In this document: piece by piece, positions 37,554 to 49,377 of the stretch
Layout: every line of letters starts with the position of its first letter
Position numbering within the stretch: position 1 is the stretch's first letter
Assembly: GCA_965242585.1 (NCBI GenBank)
Contig: OZ251460.1
Location: 1,486,692-1,550,691, forward strand
From: Limisphaerales bacterium
Lineage (GTDB): Bacteria > Verrucomicrobiota > Verrucomicrobiia > Limisphaerales > AAA164-E04
Direction: 5' to 3'
Length of the DNA: 64,000 nucleotides
Program-made: the position numbers and the translations under genes
The notes under the pieces: generated by a model
Seen by the model: only the letters and a program-made list of their open reading frames with translations
Told to the model about the DNA's origin: nothing
Database searches by the model: none

Positions 37554-37912
37554 CGCATTTAGATTTGAAGGTGTCTTGTTGCAGCTCGGGCGGCAAGATT
37601 CCATTTGAAATCATCGTGTCGGAAGTAGAAATCTATTTGGCGGTAGTGAAAATGGTAAATATTCACATCGATGTCGGGAAATCGTAGGCGATAGCAATTC
37701 GAAGAACGGAAGAACGAATTTCTTGCGCACATGAAGCGCCACAATCTTAATCATCAGGCCTGCTGGCAATATCTTGGCTTTTGTAATTACAGATACGTGT
37801 ATCTCGACGAATCCAGAATGGCTTGTATGTTTACCATTAACGTGACGAACATACGCAATCGTATTCTGTTTGCCTACAATTTTATCCCAGCGGAGTTTTA
37901 AAAGGAAGTCAA

Positions 37913-39454
37913 GTGCCAGCTACGGAACACATTCGCAACAAAGTGAACCACTTGCCTCACAAACCGGGGATCTACTTGATGAGAGATCGTTTTGGAACGG
38001 TAATTTACGTCGGCAAAGCTCGAGACCTTCGCCGGCGAGTAAGCCAATATTTTCAACGATCAAGACGGCAGTCTTGGGATCCTAAGCTATTAGCCTTGAT
38101 CGATGCGATCCACGATTTTGACACTCACAAGGTTAAAAGCGATGCCGACGCCTTGCTCCTCGAAGGCAAACTTATCAAGGAATTCAAACCGCGCTATAAC
38201 GTCAGCTTTCGAGATGACAAACGATTCCTGCTGCTCAAGATTAATCTCAACGACCCTATACCCCGCTTCACTTTGACACGATTAAAACAAGACGACGATT
38301 GCCGATATTACGGCCCTTTTGCCAGTTCGGGAGCGATCCGCCGGACGCTCACCAACGTCCGCAAGAAGTTTAACTTGCGCGGCTGTCGGCCTCTTACTCC
38401 AAACGAACACGATTACAAACACTGCCTTTACGCTCATATTAAATGTTGCACCGCTCCGTGTATCAACAATGTTTCGCGAGAGGACTACTTGAAACAAGTT
38501 GAAGCCGCCTGCGAATTCCTCGACGGTCAATCCAAAGAGATGGAAGCGGAGCTCGAACAAGAGATGAAGAAAGCCGCAGCGAAACTTGACTTTGAAAAGG
38601 CCGCCGAACTCCGCGATATGCTGAACGACCTTCGCAATAGTACAAAAAAGCGCGGCCGCTACCAACGTTTGCCCCAAAGACTTTCCGTCGCGATTCAACC
38701 GGATCAAGACCTCATGGCTTTGACTCAAGCATTGCAACTGCCGCAACCTCCCGCGCATATTGAGGGCTTCGACATCTCCAACATCAGCGGCACTTTTGCC
38801 GTCGCTTCTATGGTGAGTTTCAAGAACGGCCGTCCTGACCGAGCCGGCTACCGACGGTTCAAGATGAAAAGTGTAGAGGGACAAGACGACTGCGCTTGTA
38901 TAGCAGAAACAGTAAGGCGGCGATACTCGCGCCTTAAGAGAGAAGCGGCAGCATGCGATTCAACAGATACGAACAATTCACCTTTACTCCCCGCCAAAAT
39001 GCCCAACCTCATTCTTATTGACGGCGGCAAAGGCCAACTCAACGCCGCTCTGGACGAACTCCGAAAGCTGGGACTGGAACAAATCCCGATCATTGGCTTG
39101 GCAAAAGAATTCGAAGAAATCTACTTGCCGAACCGAACGCCTCCTCTCCGCCTCAGTCGCCATTCCGGAGCACTCAAACTTCTCCAGCGCGTCCGCGACG
39201 AATCCCACCGCTTCGCCAACACCTACAACGCCCGGCTCCGCTTGAAAAAAATCTCTGAAAGCCTCCTTGACGAATTCCCCGGCATGGGCAAAAGCCGCAA
39301 AACCGCCATCCTTAAACACTTCGGATCTGTCCAAAAACTCAGGCTCGCCAGCATCGAGGAAATCGCCGCCATGCCGGGCTTTGGCGACAAAACCGCCGAA
39401 AAACTCAAATCCTTCCTCGCCGCCCGAACTCCCCGCCATCTGCAAAAATCCTGA
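37913..39454 (+). CDS. uvrC: Excinuclease ABC subunit C
   Basis: GIY-YIG N-terminus (KPGIYLMRDRFGTVIYVGKARDLRRRVSQYF...YN). UVR motif LDFEKAAELRDMLNDL. The endonuclease-V-like core has IEGFDISN and LILIDGGKGQL. The C-terminal (HhH)2 region is FPGMGKSRKTAILKHFGS...IAAMPGFGDKTAEKL. GTG start. Confidence 0.92.
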   Translation: MPATEHIRNKVNHLPHKPGIYLMRDRFGTVIYVGKARDLRRRVSQYFQRSRRQSWDPKLLALIDAIHDFDTHKVKSDADALLLEGKLIKEFKPRYNVSFRDDKRFLLLKINLNDPIPRFTLTRLKQDDDCRYYGPFASSGAIRRTLTNVRKKFNLRGCRPLTPNEHDYKHCLYAHIKCCTAPCINNVSREDYLKQVEAACEFLDGQSKEMEAELEQEMKKAAAKLDFEKAAELRDMLNDLRNSTKKRGRYQRLPQRLSVAIQPDQDLMALTQALQLPQPPAHIEGFDISNISGTFAVASMVSFKNGRPDRAGYRRFKMKSVEGQDDCACIAETVRRRYSRLKREAAACDSTDTNNSPLLPAKMPNLILIDGGKGQLNAALDELRKLGLEQIPIIGLAKEFEEIYLPNRTPPLRLSRHSGALKLLQRVRDESHRFANTYNARLRLKKISESLLDEFPGMGKSRKTAILKHFGSVQKLRLASIEEIAAMPGFGDKTAEKLKSFLAARTPRHLQKS

Positions 39455-40002
39455 ATTACACCGTCAATCATATAGATGAAACCAAAATCCTCCAACAATG
39501 CCCCGTCGACAGTATTGTTCAGGGACGCCAAAAATAATTATTTTCTTTTTTAAAAAGCTTCGTTCTATATTCGTTTTGTGATTTGTCCGTGATCATCACA
39601 AGTTAGGCATGGATTCCATGTTGTCGGGGGTCCTGCTTGTTAGAACAATCTGAACAAGGCATTAGGTGAGTCGCGATTCTTCTGGCTTGCTTGGTTAAAT
39701 AAGAGAGTCTCAGCGGAAGCTGATTCACTTAAGGTAACTTCAAAGAGAACTTGTTCAACCTAATTGCTTGTAGCCTTGTCAATGCGGTTTACTATTTGTT
39801 GGGAGCTATATTTCCATGCTGGAAGGAATCGATTCCAAAGTGATGGATTAACGAAGTTTTAGAAACCCGAAGCGGTTTCAGCCGGCGATTCGTTGGGGAT
39901 TCGTTAGCCCGCGTTTTCCGCTGTTACGCTTTTTTGACCGTGCTGTTTTTGCAAGCGATAATTCGGCAGAGAAACAAATGCCGGTCAAACTCTTGCGCTT
40001 GA

Positions 40003-42051
<2,049 letters not shown>

Positions 42052-42105
42052 ACTAAAAAGCCGGTATTGTCAAGGTTTTCGGAGTCTTCCAAGTTCGCGA
42101 GCAAA

Positions 42106-45100
42106 TTACGAGCATCCTAAGCTTTCGCCGCAGTTCAGGCACTTGTAACAAGCGCCGTTGCGCACCGTGACGTGGCCGCAACAGGGACAGATTGGCGCGT
42201 CTTGTTGAAAGTGAGCCACTGCGTCGCTGATCGTCTCAATCCGTTTGCGGCGACGAGGCATGGAAGGCAAAGACGTCGGGTGAGACGGATCGTTTCTTTG
42301 CAAAATTTCCGCCTCCTTATTCCGCGGCAGCTCCGGAACGGGGCGGTTCACTTTTTTTTTTACTTCCGATTCAAGTCCGGGCATTACTAATTCTACTTGA
42401 TTGGATTCTTGCGCATCGTCGGTGGCGGTGAATTCTTGCGACATCCAGCGGAATACGTAATCGGTAATGGAGGTTGCTTGGCGGATGTTGGGGTTTTTTG
42501 TCCAGCCGGAGGGTTCGAAGCGTTGATGAGAGAACTTTCGCGCAAGGATGTCTAGGGGGACGCCGTATTGTAGCGCCATGCTTGTCAGTGTGCCGATGGT
42601 GTCCATGAGTCCGCCGATGGTAGATCCTTCTTTGGCCATGGTGACGAACAATTCGCCGGGCGATCCGTCCGCAAATAATCCCACAGTCAGGTAGCCTTCG
42701 TGTCCGGCGATGTCGAATTTGTGCGTCTTTGCCATCCTTGTTGCCGGGAGCCGGCGTCTCACAGGTTGGGTGGAGGCATGTTTTAGGCTTTCCACCTGTT
42801 CTTTCAACTGGGCGACTTGTTTTAGCAGGTCTTCATCAGCTGCCGACGAGTCTTCGCCGGCCTTTGACGTACTGAGCGGTTGGGATCGTTTGGAACCGTC
42901 GCGGTAGATTGCTACGCACTTGAGTCCGAGACGCCAGGCCTGCACGTAGGCTTCTTGAATTTCCGCTATCGAACAGTGGTTTGGCAAGTTGACTGTTTTA
43001 GAAATGGCGCCGCTGATGAAGGGTTGGGCGGCGGCCATCATCTTCAAATGCGCCGAGTAGTGAATGCTGCGAGTTCCTTGAAAGGGCTTGAAGGCGCAGT
43101 CAAACACTTGAAGATGTTCCGGCTTCAGTCCACTGACAAAGGCGTTTCCGTCCTTGCGGACGTCTTCGATGGTGTCGTGTTCTTCCACGTGCGTGATGAT
43201 TTGCTGGACGGCGGGTTCTTCATAGCCTAAGCGTTGCAATGCTTCCGGCACGGTTTGGTTGACGATTTTGAGCATGCCGCCGCCGGCCAGAAGTTTGTAC
43301 TTCGCCAGCGCGATGTCGGGTTCGATGCCGGTTGTGTCGCAGTCCATCATGAACGAGATCGTGCCGGTAGGCGCCAGCACGGTGACCTGCGCATTGCGGA
43401 ATCCGTATTTTTCTCCCGCTGATTCGGCTCGTTGCCAGCAAGCTTGGGCCTCGTCTTTTAGATGGTCGAATGAGCTTGCCGCGATGGCGTCCACCGCACC
43501 TCGATGCCGACGCACTACGGCTTGCATAAAGTCTGCATTGCTCTCAGCTACGGGGCGGTCGACGCCGGCGCATTTGGCGTCTCGCCAGCCCTGGAACGGC
43601 CCCATAGCGGCGGCGATAGCGGCGGACTGCGTGTATGCTTCGCCGGTCATAATCGCCGTGATGGCGCCGGCCAGCGCCCGGGATTCCTGCGAGTCGTAAG
43701 GCAGTCCGTAGCTCATAATCAACGCGCCCAAGTTGGCGTAGCCCAGTCCCAAAGTGCGGAAAATGTGGGAGTTTTCGGCAATGGCGGGCGTGGGATAGCT
43801 GGCGTTGTCCACCAAAATTTCTTGGGCAGTGATAAAAATGCGCACCGCGGCTTTGAATCGCTCCGCGTCAAAACCATCGGCGCCAGAGAATTTCATTAAG
43901 TTCAAGGAAGCCAAGTTGCAGGCAGTGTTGTCGAGGAAGACGTATTCGGAGCAAGGGTTGGTGGAGTGGATTGGCGCAGTTCCCTTGCACGTATGCCAAC
44001 GCTGGATGGCGGAGTCGAATTGAAGGCCGGGATCGCCGCACAGATGAGCGCCTTCGGCAATCTTGCGGAGGAGATTCGCAGCGTCTTTTTTTTCCAGAGG
44101 CTCGCCGGTGGTGATGGCGCGAGTCCACCAAGATCGGCCTTCAATGGCAGCTTGCATGAAATCGTCGCTGACGCGGACCGAGAGATTCTCATTTTGGTAC
44201 ATAATGCTCCCATAAGCGTCCCCATTGTACGAGCCGTCGTATCCGGCGTCGATCAAAGCCCAAGCCTTTTTCTCCTCCTTTTGTTTTGCGTCGATGAACT
44301 CCTCGATGTCTCCGTGCCAATCGCGCAAAGTGTTCATCTTGGCAGCGCGGCGGGTTTTGCCCCCCGATTTCACCACGTTGGCCACTTGGTCGTAAACGCG
44401 CAGGAACGACAACGGCCCGCTGGGTCGCCCGCCGCCGCTGAGCTTCTCTCGGCTGGATCGCAAGGGAGTTAAATCCGTGCCGGTGCCGGAACCGTGCTTG
44501 AAGAGCATCGCCTCGCTAGCCGCCAAGCGCATGATGTCTTCCATGTTGTCCTCCACAGATTGGATGAAGCAGGCGCTACACTGCGGATATTCGTATTGAG
44601 TGGGCGACCGAGCCGCCTTATTCGCGCTCCGATGGTAAAACCAGTTGCCCTGCGCCGAGTTCTTTCCCACGCGGTATTGATGCCAGAGGCCGACGTTGAA
44701 CCAGACCGGAGAATTGAAAGCGCCGAATTGATGCAAACAAAGCCAGCACAACTCCGCGTAAAACACCTCGCCGTCGACCTCGCTGAAATAACCGTCCCGA
44801 ACCCCCCAATCCGCAATCGTCCGACACACCCGATGGATCATTTGGCGGACGGAACGCTCTCGCTCCGCAGTTCCCTGCTCGCCGTAAAAATACTTGGACA
44901 CCACCACTTTCGCCGCCAGCAACGACCACGATTTCGGCACTTCCACGTCGTCTTGGCGGAAAATTGTGCCGCCGCGCTCGTCGGTGATCTCCACACTTCG
45001 CTTCTCCCAAGCCACCGAATCAAAGGGATCCTCCCCCTCTTCGCTGAAAACTCGCTCAATCGACAACCCCTGGCGGCAATCTGCGGCGGTTGCAGACCGC

Positions 45101-45126
45101 ACGGACGGTTCACGGATGCTTATCAT
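42106..45126 (-). CDS. nrdJ: Adenosylcobalamin-dependent ribonucleotide reductase (class II)
   Basis: 1006 aa. Motifs seen: VSKYFYG, QFGAFNSPVWFN, the active-site loop NPCSEYVFLDNTACNLASLNL, APTGTISFMMDCDTTGIEP, IYRDGSK. The C-terminus is a Zn ribbon: CPCCGHVTVRNGACYKCLNCG. Confidence 0.93.
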   Translation of the reverse strand: MISIREPSVRSATAADCRQGLSIERVFSEEGEDPFDSVAWEKRSVEITDERGGTIFRQDDVEVPKSWSLLAAKVVVSKYFYGEQGTAERERSVRQMIHRVCRTIADWGVRDGYFSEVDGEVFYAELCWLCLHQFGAFNSPVWFNVGLWHQYRVGKNSAQGNWFYHRSANKAARSPTQYEYPQCSACFIQSVEDNMEDIMRLAASEAMLFKHGSGTGTDLTPLRSSREKLSGGGRPSGPLSFLRVYDQVANVVKSGGKTRRAAKMNTLRDWHGDIEEFIDAKQKEEKKAWALIDAGYDGSYNGDAYGSIMYQNENLSVRVSDDFMQAAIEGRSWWTRAITTGEPLEKKDAANLLRKIAEGAHLCGDPGLQFDSAIQRWHTCKGTAPIHSTNPCSEYVFLDNTACNLASLNLMKFSGADGFDAERFKAAVRIFITAQEILVDNASYPTPAIAENSHIFRTLGLGYANLGALIMSYGLPYDSQESRALAGAITAIMTGEAYTQSAAIAAAMGPFQGWRDAKCAGVDRPVAESNADFMQAVVRRHRGAVDAIAASSFDHLKDEAQACWQRAESAGEKYGFRNAQVTVLAPTGTISFMMDCDTTGIEPDIALAKYKLLAGGGMLKIVNQTVPEALQRLGYEEPAVQQIITHVEEHDTIEDVRKDGNAFVSGLKPEHLQVFDCAFKPFQGTRSIHYSAHLKMMAAAQPFISGAISKTVNLPNHCSIAEIQEAYVQAWRLGLKCVAIYRDGSKRSQPLSTSKAGEDSSAADEDLLKQVAQLKEQVESLKHASTQPVRRRLPATRMAKTHKFDIAGHEGYLTVGLFADGSPGELFVTMAKEGSTIGGLMDTIGTLTSMALQYGVPLDILARKFSHQRFEPSGWTKNPNIRQATSITDYVFRWMSQEFTATDDAQESNQVELVMPGLESEVKKKVNRPVPELPRNKEAEILQRNDPSHPTSLPSMPRRRKRIETISDAVAHFQQDAPICPCCGHVTVRNGACYKCLNCGESLGCS

Positions 45127-45207
45127 GGCAAATTCAAAATCGGCAAAACCAAAATGTTTCTCCTAATGCTACCGTTTGTCAAACTAAAGATTGGAAAAAT
45201 CTCCAAG

Positions 45208-46956
45208 ATGGACAACCCAATTTTTAGCCTTCGGGAAAAAGATTCAACTTCTTTCGTGGATTATCTCCCCGCTCTGCGGCGGACAATCGTTGACTCTGGC
45301 GGCGCGAGGAGGCAAGTTGGCTTTGTGGATTCAACGACGACCGCCAACTGGTTGCTGTATGGAGATTGTCTGACGTTCTTGCGGGAATGGAAGTGGGATT
45401 TAGTGGACTTAATCTATCTCGATCCGCCGTTCAACAGCAACCGCTCCTACAACGCCATTTACAAAGACGCTACCGGCCGGCCTCTGCCCGCCCAGATCGA
45501 AGCCTTTTGCGATATGTGGCAACTGGACGGCCACTCCGAGCGCGCCCTGCAAAACCTGCCAAAACTTGCCCAGCAGATGAACGTCTCTCCCGTCATCGTC
45601 GATATTTTGCGCATTTGGGCAAACACTTTGCGCCAAACGAACCCGCAGCTACTGGCCTATCTGATTTACATGACCGAACGGCTGATTGGCTTGAAAAGCA
45701 TTTTGAAACCGACCGGCTCGCTGTATTTGCACTGCGACCCCACCGCCTCGCACTACCTCAAAATCACTTTGGACGGCATCTTCGGCCCCGCCAACTTCCG
45801 CAACGAAATCATCTGGAAACGAACTGTTCGCGGATTCAAGGGGTCTCAGTTTCTTCCCCGCAAATTTAACACGAACACAGACACGATCCTTTACTACGCC
45901 AATGGAAAAGAGTCTGTTTTCCGCATGGACAGAGTGCTGGAGCCGTACTCCCCGGAGTATTTAGAGCAGGCGTTCAAGCTAAAAGACGAGAAGGGCAAGT
46001 ATTATTTGGACGTTGCGTTCAATCGTCGGGGTGCCGGCGCTCGCCCTAATCTTTGCTACGAATGGAAGGGCTTTTATCCGCCGCATCCTTCCGGTTGGAA
46101 AGTTGGAAGGGCGCGAATGGAAGAGTTGGAAAAGAGCGGAGAACTTGTTGTCCAGAATGATAATCTTTACCGCAAAATCCGCCCCAAAGCGGGAAAAATC
46201 CGCAACAATCTCTGGGACGACGTTCCCGAAGCCAAAGGTGATGAGCGTTTGGGTTTTCCGACGCAGAAGCCGCTGGCGTTGTTGGAACGCATTATCCAAG
46301 CATCCAGCAACGAGGGCGATTTGGTTTTGGATCCGTTTTGCGGTTGCGGCACAACCGTCGAAGCGGCGCACAAGCTGGAAAGACGATGGATCGGCATTGA
46401 CATCGCCATTCACGCGGTCAAACGGGTGAGCGCGGTGCGTTTGGAAGACCAGCTCGGACTGCTGGCGGGGCGGGATTATGTGTTGGACGGCATCCCCAAA
46501 GATGTGGAAGGCGCTCGGCAACTATGGGAGCAAGACCCGTGGCAGTTCCAAAAATGGGCGGTGGAGCAAGTGGGCGGCTTTGTCACCGCCAAACGTACGG
46601 CGGACGGCGGCATTGACGGGCGCTTATGGTTTGCGGGCGAGGGAAATCGTTTGGAAGAGATGATTTTGGAAGTGAAAGGCGGCAAGCCGAACATCCAGTT
46701 TGTGCGGGCGTTGGCCGGGGTGCGCCAGCAACGCCAGGCGGCGATGGCCGGTTTGATTTTGTTGTCCAGTCCGTCGCTGGTTCAGCGGCGGAACTTCGAG
46801 CGGGAAATGGCCGGCTCGGGAAGTGTGGAAGTGTTGGGCCAATCTTATGCGCGGTTGCAGCTATTGACGGTGGAAGAGATACTGGCGGGCAAGCGTTTTC
46901 AAACCCCCGGCGTAGCCGGCAAAACCGCCTCCGCCCCCGTCCTCCCCATGGGATAA
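45208..46956 (+). CDS. Beta-class N6/N4 DNA methyltransferase fused to a C-terminal Mrr-like PD-(D/E)xK domain
   Basis: Motif IV (DLIYLDPPFNSNRSYN) precedes motif I (FPTQKPLALLERII...VLDPFCGCGTTVEAA), which is the beta-class order. The C-terminal ~200 aa read FQKWAVEQVGGF...ADGGIDGRLWF...ILEVKGGK...VRALAG...AGLILLSS, matching the Mrr catalytic-domain pattern. The listed 820-aa ORF starts far upstream only because it is open antisense to nrdJ; the real start is ATG 45208 or 45154. Confidence 0.85.
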   Translation: MDNPIFSLREKDSTSFVDYLPALRRTIVDSGGARRQVGFVDSTTTANWLLYGDCLTFLREWKWDLVDLIYLDPPFNSNRSYNAIYKDATGRPLPAQIEAFCDMWQLDGHSERALQNLPKLAQQMNVSPVIVDILRIWANTLRQTNPQLLAYLIYMTERLIGLKSILKPTGSLYLHCDPTASHYLKITLDGIFGPANFRNEIIWKRTVRGFKGSQFLPRKFNTNTDTILYYANGKESVFRMDRVLEPYSPEYLEQAFKLKDEKGKYYLDVAFNRRGAGARPNLCYEWKGFYPPHPSGWKVGRARMEELEKSGELVVQNDNLYRKIRPKAGKIRNNLWDDVPEAKGDERLGFPTQKPLALLERIIQASSNEGDLVLDPFCGCGTTVEAAHKLERRWIGIDIAIHAVKRVSAVRLEDQLGLLAGRDYVLDGIPKDVEGARQLWEQDPWQFQKWAVEQVGGFVTAKRTADGGIDGRLWFAGEGNRLEEMILEVKGGKPNIQFVRALAGVRQQRQAAMAGLILLSSPSLVQRRNFEREMAGSGSVEVLGQSYARLQLLTVEEILAGKRFQTPGVAGKTASAPVLPMG

Positions 46957-47018
46957 GGGCAAAATTTCTCACAAGAAACTTGGCCAAAGCCTTCTTTTTT
47001 CGCTACGGTTCTTTCCTC

Positions 47019-49211
47019 ATGAGATTCGTCCGGTGGTTTTTCCTCGCCAGTCTCTTCATCGCCAACGCCTTGCCGAGCCTTTCCGCTCAGGAGAGCGCCG
47101 AGTGGGAAATTGAGTCGGCGTCCGAAGAAAGCAGTCTCTCTTACGATCCCGATTCCGGCGTGGGAACGGCAGAAAACGGCGTCATCGTCAAGTATAAAGA
47201 TGCGGCGCACGGGGAAGCGTCGCTTTATGCCGACCGCGTTACTTTCAACCAAACATCCGGCCAAGTCACCGCCGAAGGATCGGTCACTTTGCAACGCGAC
47301 GGCCAAGCATGGAGCGGCGAGCGTTTGGAATACAACTTCCGGACTGGAACTATGGGCGCGGCCAATTATCGCACGGGGAAAACCCCTTTCTTTGCCGCCG
47401 GCGATTCTCTGATTGGTTCCGGCGAAGCTGGGAATTACACCGCCGAGGACGCTTATTTGACTACCGACGACGTCAAGAATCCCAACTATCGAATCCGAGC
47501 CAAACGCATCCAAATTGTTTCCGGAAAACACTTTGTCGCCCGCAACGCCGTTGTTTACATAGGAAAGATTCCCGTCATGTATTTGCCTTGGTTTAAAGCC
47601 AATCTGGATCGACGCGGAAATCGATGGTCCATCACGCCCGGCTATCGTTCCCGTCACGGCGGCTACTTGCTTTCCACTTACCATTATCAAGTTTTCACAA
47701 ACCTGAGCGCCCGCCTCAATTTGGATTATCGAACGCAGCGCGGACTCGGCGGAGGGCCGGATTTGCAATACGATTTGGGCAGGTTCGGAAGCGGCGAAGT
47801 TCAATCCTACTACTTGCGTGACAAGACTCCGGGAAAAGAAGACGATAATCGAATTGCCAACGAGCGCTTTCGTTTCCGCTTCAGTCACCACGTTCCCATT
47901 CGAACGAACTTCACCGCCAAAGCCGTGATTAACAAGCTGAGCGACGAGTGGGTCAATCGCGATTTCTTCGAGTCCGAACACCGCCGCAACACGCAGCCTC
48001 TCTCGTTTCTCGAAATCGAACAACTCGGCCGAAACTTCTCGCTCTCGCTGTTGGCGCAACCACGTGTGAACGACTTCTACGAGCGAATAGAACGACTCCC
48101 AGAAATCAAACTTAGCGCCTTCAGACAGCAAATTGGACAACTTCCACTCTACTACGAAAGCGAATCGAGCGCCGGCTATCTAGGGCATCAGTTTGCCAAC
48201 AACGCAACCAATGACTTCCACGCCGCTCGGCTGGATACCTGGCACCAAATCGTGCTCCCGATCACTTTTTTCAACTGGCTGAACGTCGTTCCCCGAAGCG
48301 GCGGGCGTTACACTTATTACACGACTACCCACGGCGACTCCTTAGAGGAACAGAGGCGAGAAGTTTTCCACGCCGGCATGGAAGCAAACTTCCGCGCTTC
48401 TCGCACCTACAACGCCGTCACCAACCGCTTCTGGTCCATCCGAGGATTGAGGCATATAGTGCAACCCTCCATAAACTACGCCTATATCCCAGAGCCGTCC
48501 ACTTTGCCTTCGGCGCTGCCTCGGTTCGACGGCGAACTGCCCAGCCTAAGGCAACAGCCCATCCAGTTTCCCAATTACAATTCAATAGACAGCATCGATG
48601 CCCAGAACGTCCTACGCTTGGGACTGCGTAACAAGCTGCAAACCAAACGAGGCCCAAACAACACAGTGCAATCGTTTGTCGATTGGAATTTGTTTGCCGA
48701 TTGGAGCATCAATCCCCGGCCTGCGCAAACTAGCGACCTGAACTCCGACCTGGATCTCTATCCTCGGGACTGGATATCCCTTCGCTCCTTCATTCGGTAT
48801 AACCTTGACGAAGGCGATTTTCGCCTTGCCAACCATCAAGTCACACTGCTTCCAAACGACGTTTGGAATCTTACCTTCGGACATCTTTACCTAAGAGATG
48901 AACCGATGTACCCCGTTTCCTGGGGCGAAGGGAACAACGTCTTCTACAATACTCTCTACTATCGCTTCAACGAAAACTGGGGAGTTCGTCTAAGCCATCA
49001 ATTCGAAGCTCGGGACGGCACTCTGGAAGAACAGTCCTACACCGTATATCGCGATTTCAGAAGTTGGACGGGGGCTTTCAGTTTTCGCGTCCGTGATGAA
49101 CGAGATGACCCGCAAGATTATACCCTTGCCGCTATTCTATCTCTCAAAGCCTTCCCGCGCTTCGGATTGGGCGACGACACACTACACAACTCTCTTCTCT
49201 ACGGAAGATAA
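47019..49211 (+). CDS. lptD: LPS-assembly outer-membrane protein LptD (OstA family)
   Basis: Signal peptide MRFVRWFFLASLFIANALPSLSA. The OstA-N-like beta-jellyroll reads SLYADRVTFNQTSGQVTAEGSVTLQRDGQAWSGERLEYNFRTG, followed by NAVVYIGKIPVMYLPWF and a long Y/R/N-rich beta-barrel. The ORF opens at 46626 inside the upstream gene. Confidence 0.8.
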   Translation: MRFVRWFFLASLFIANALPSLSAQESAEWEIESASEESSLSYDPDSGVGTAENGVIVKYKDAAHGEASLYADRVTFNQTSGQVTAEGSVTLQRDGQAWSGERLEYNFRTGTMGAANYRTGKTPFFAAGDSLIGSGEAGNYTAEDAYLTTDDVKNPNYRIRAKRIQIVSGKHFVARNAVVYIGKIPVMYLPWFKANLDRRGNRWSITPGYRSRHGGYLLSTYHYQVFTNLSARLNLDYRTQRGLGGGPDLQYDLGRFGSGEVQSYYLRDKTPGKEDDNRIANERFRFRFSHHVPIRTNFTAKAVINKLSDEWVNRDFFESEHRRNTQPLSFLEIEQLGRNFSLSLLAQPRVNDFYERIERLPEIKLSAFRQQIGQLPLYYESESSAGYLGHQFANNATNDFHAARLDTWHQIVLPITFFNWLNVVPRSGGRYTYYTTTHGDSLEEQRREVFHAGMEANFRASRTYNAVTNRFWSIRGLRHIVQPSINYAYIPEPSTLPSALPRFDGELPSLRQQPIQFPNYNSIDSIDAQNVLRLGLRNKLQTKRGPNNTVQSFVDWNLFADWSINPRPAQTSDLNSDLDLYPRDWISLRSFIRYNLDEGDFRLANHQVTLLPNDVWNLTFGHLYLRDEPMYPVSWGEGNNVFYNTLYYRFNENWGVRLSHQFEARDGTLEEQSYTVYRDFRSWTGAFSFRVRDERDDPQDYTLAAILSLKAFPRFGLGDDTLHNSLLYGR

Positions 49212-49377
49212 ACCCAACGGGACAAAGACCGGTATAGCGTCTGCCTTTCTCTTGTTTTTAAGCTGTTATCTTTTGGACAGAGCCTCTTTCTTCTCAATAA
49301 AGCTTGTTTTTACCAAGGATAAGTCCGGGGCATGTTTCTAGAACCTATTAAAACTATCCAGGATCTAATCCTTCGAA

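Noticed and set aside
42352-42361. T10/A10 homopolymer inside nrdJ, considered as a possible frameshift site
   Set aside because: The tract is in frame (it encodes KKK within EVKKKVNRP) and the gene is intact. It is used only as a control for homopolymer accuracy.
44494-45207. N-terminal 238 codons of the listed 820-aa ORF
   Set aside because: This part is merely open antisense to nrdJ. Methyltransferase homology begins after Met 45208 (or 45154).
46899-48140. 413-aa minus-strand ORF
   Set aside because: It is antisense to lptD and has no recognisable features.
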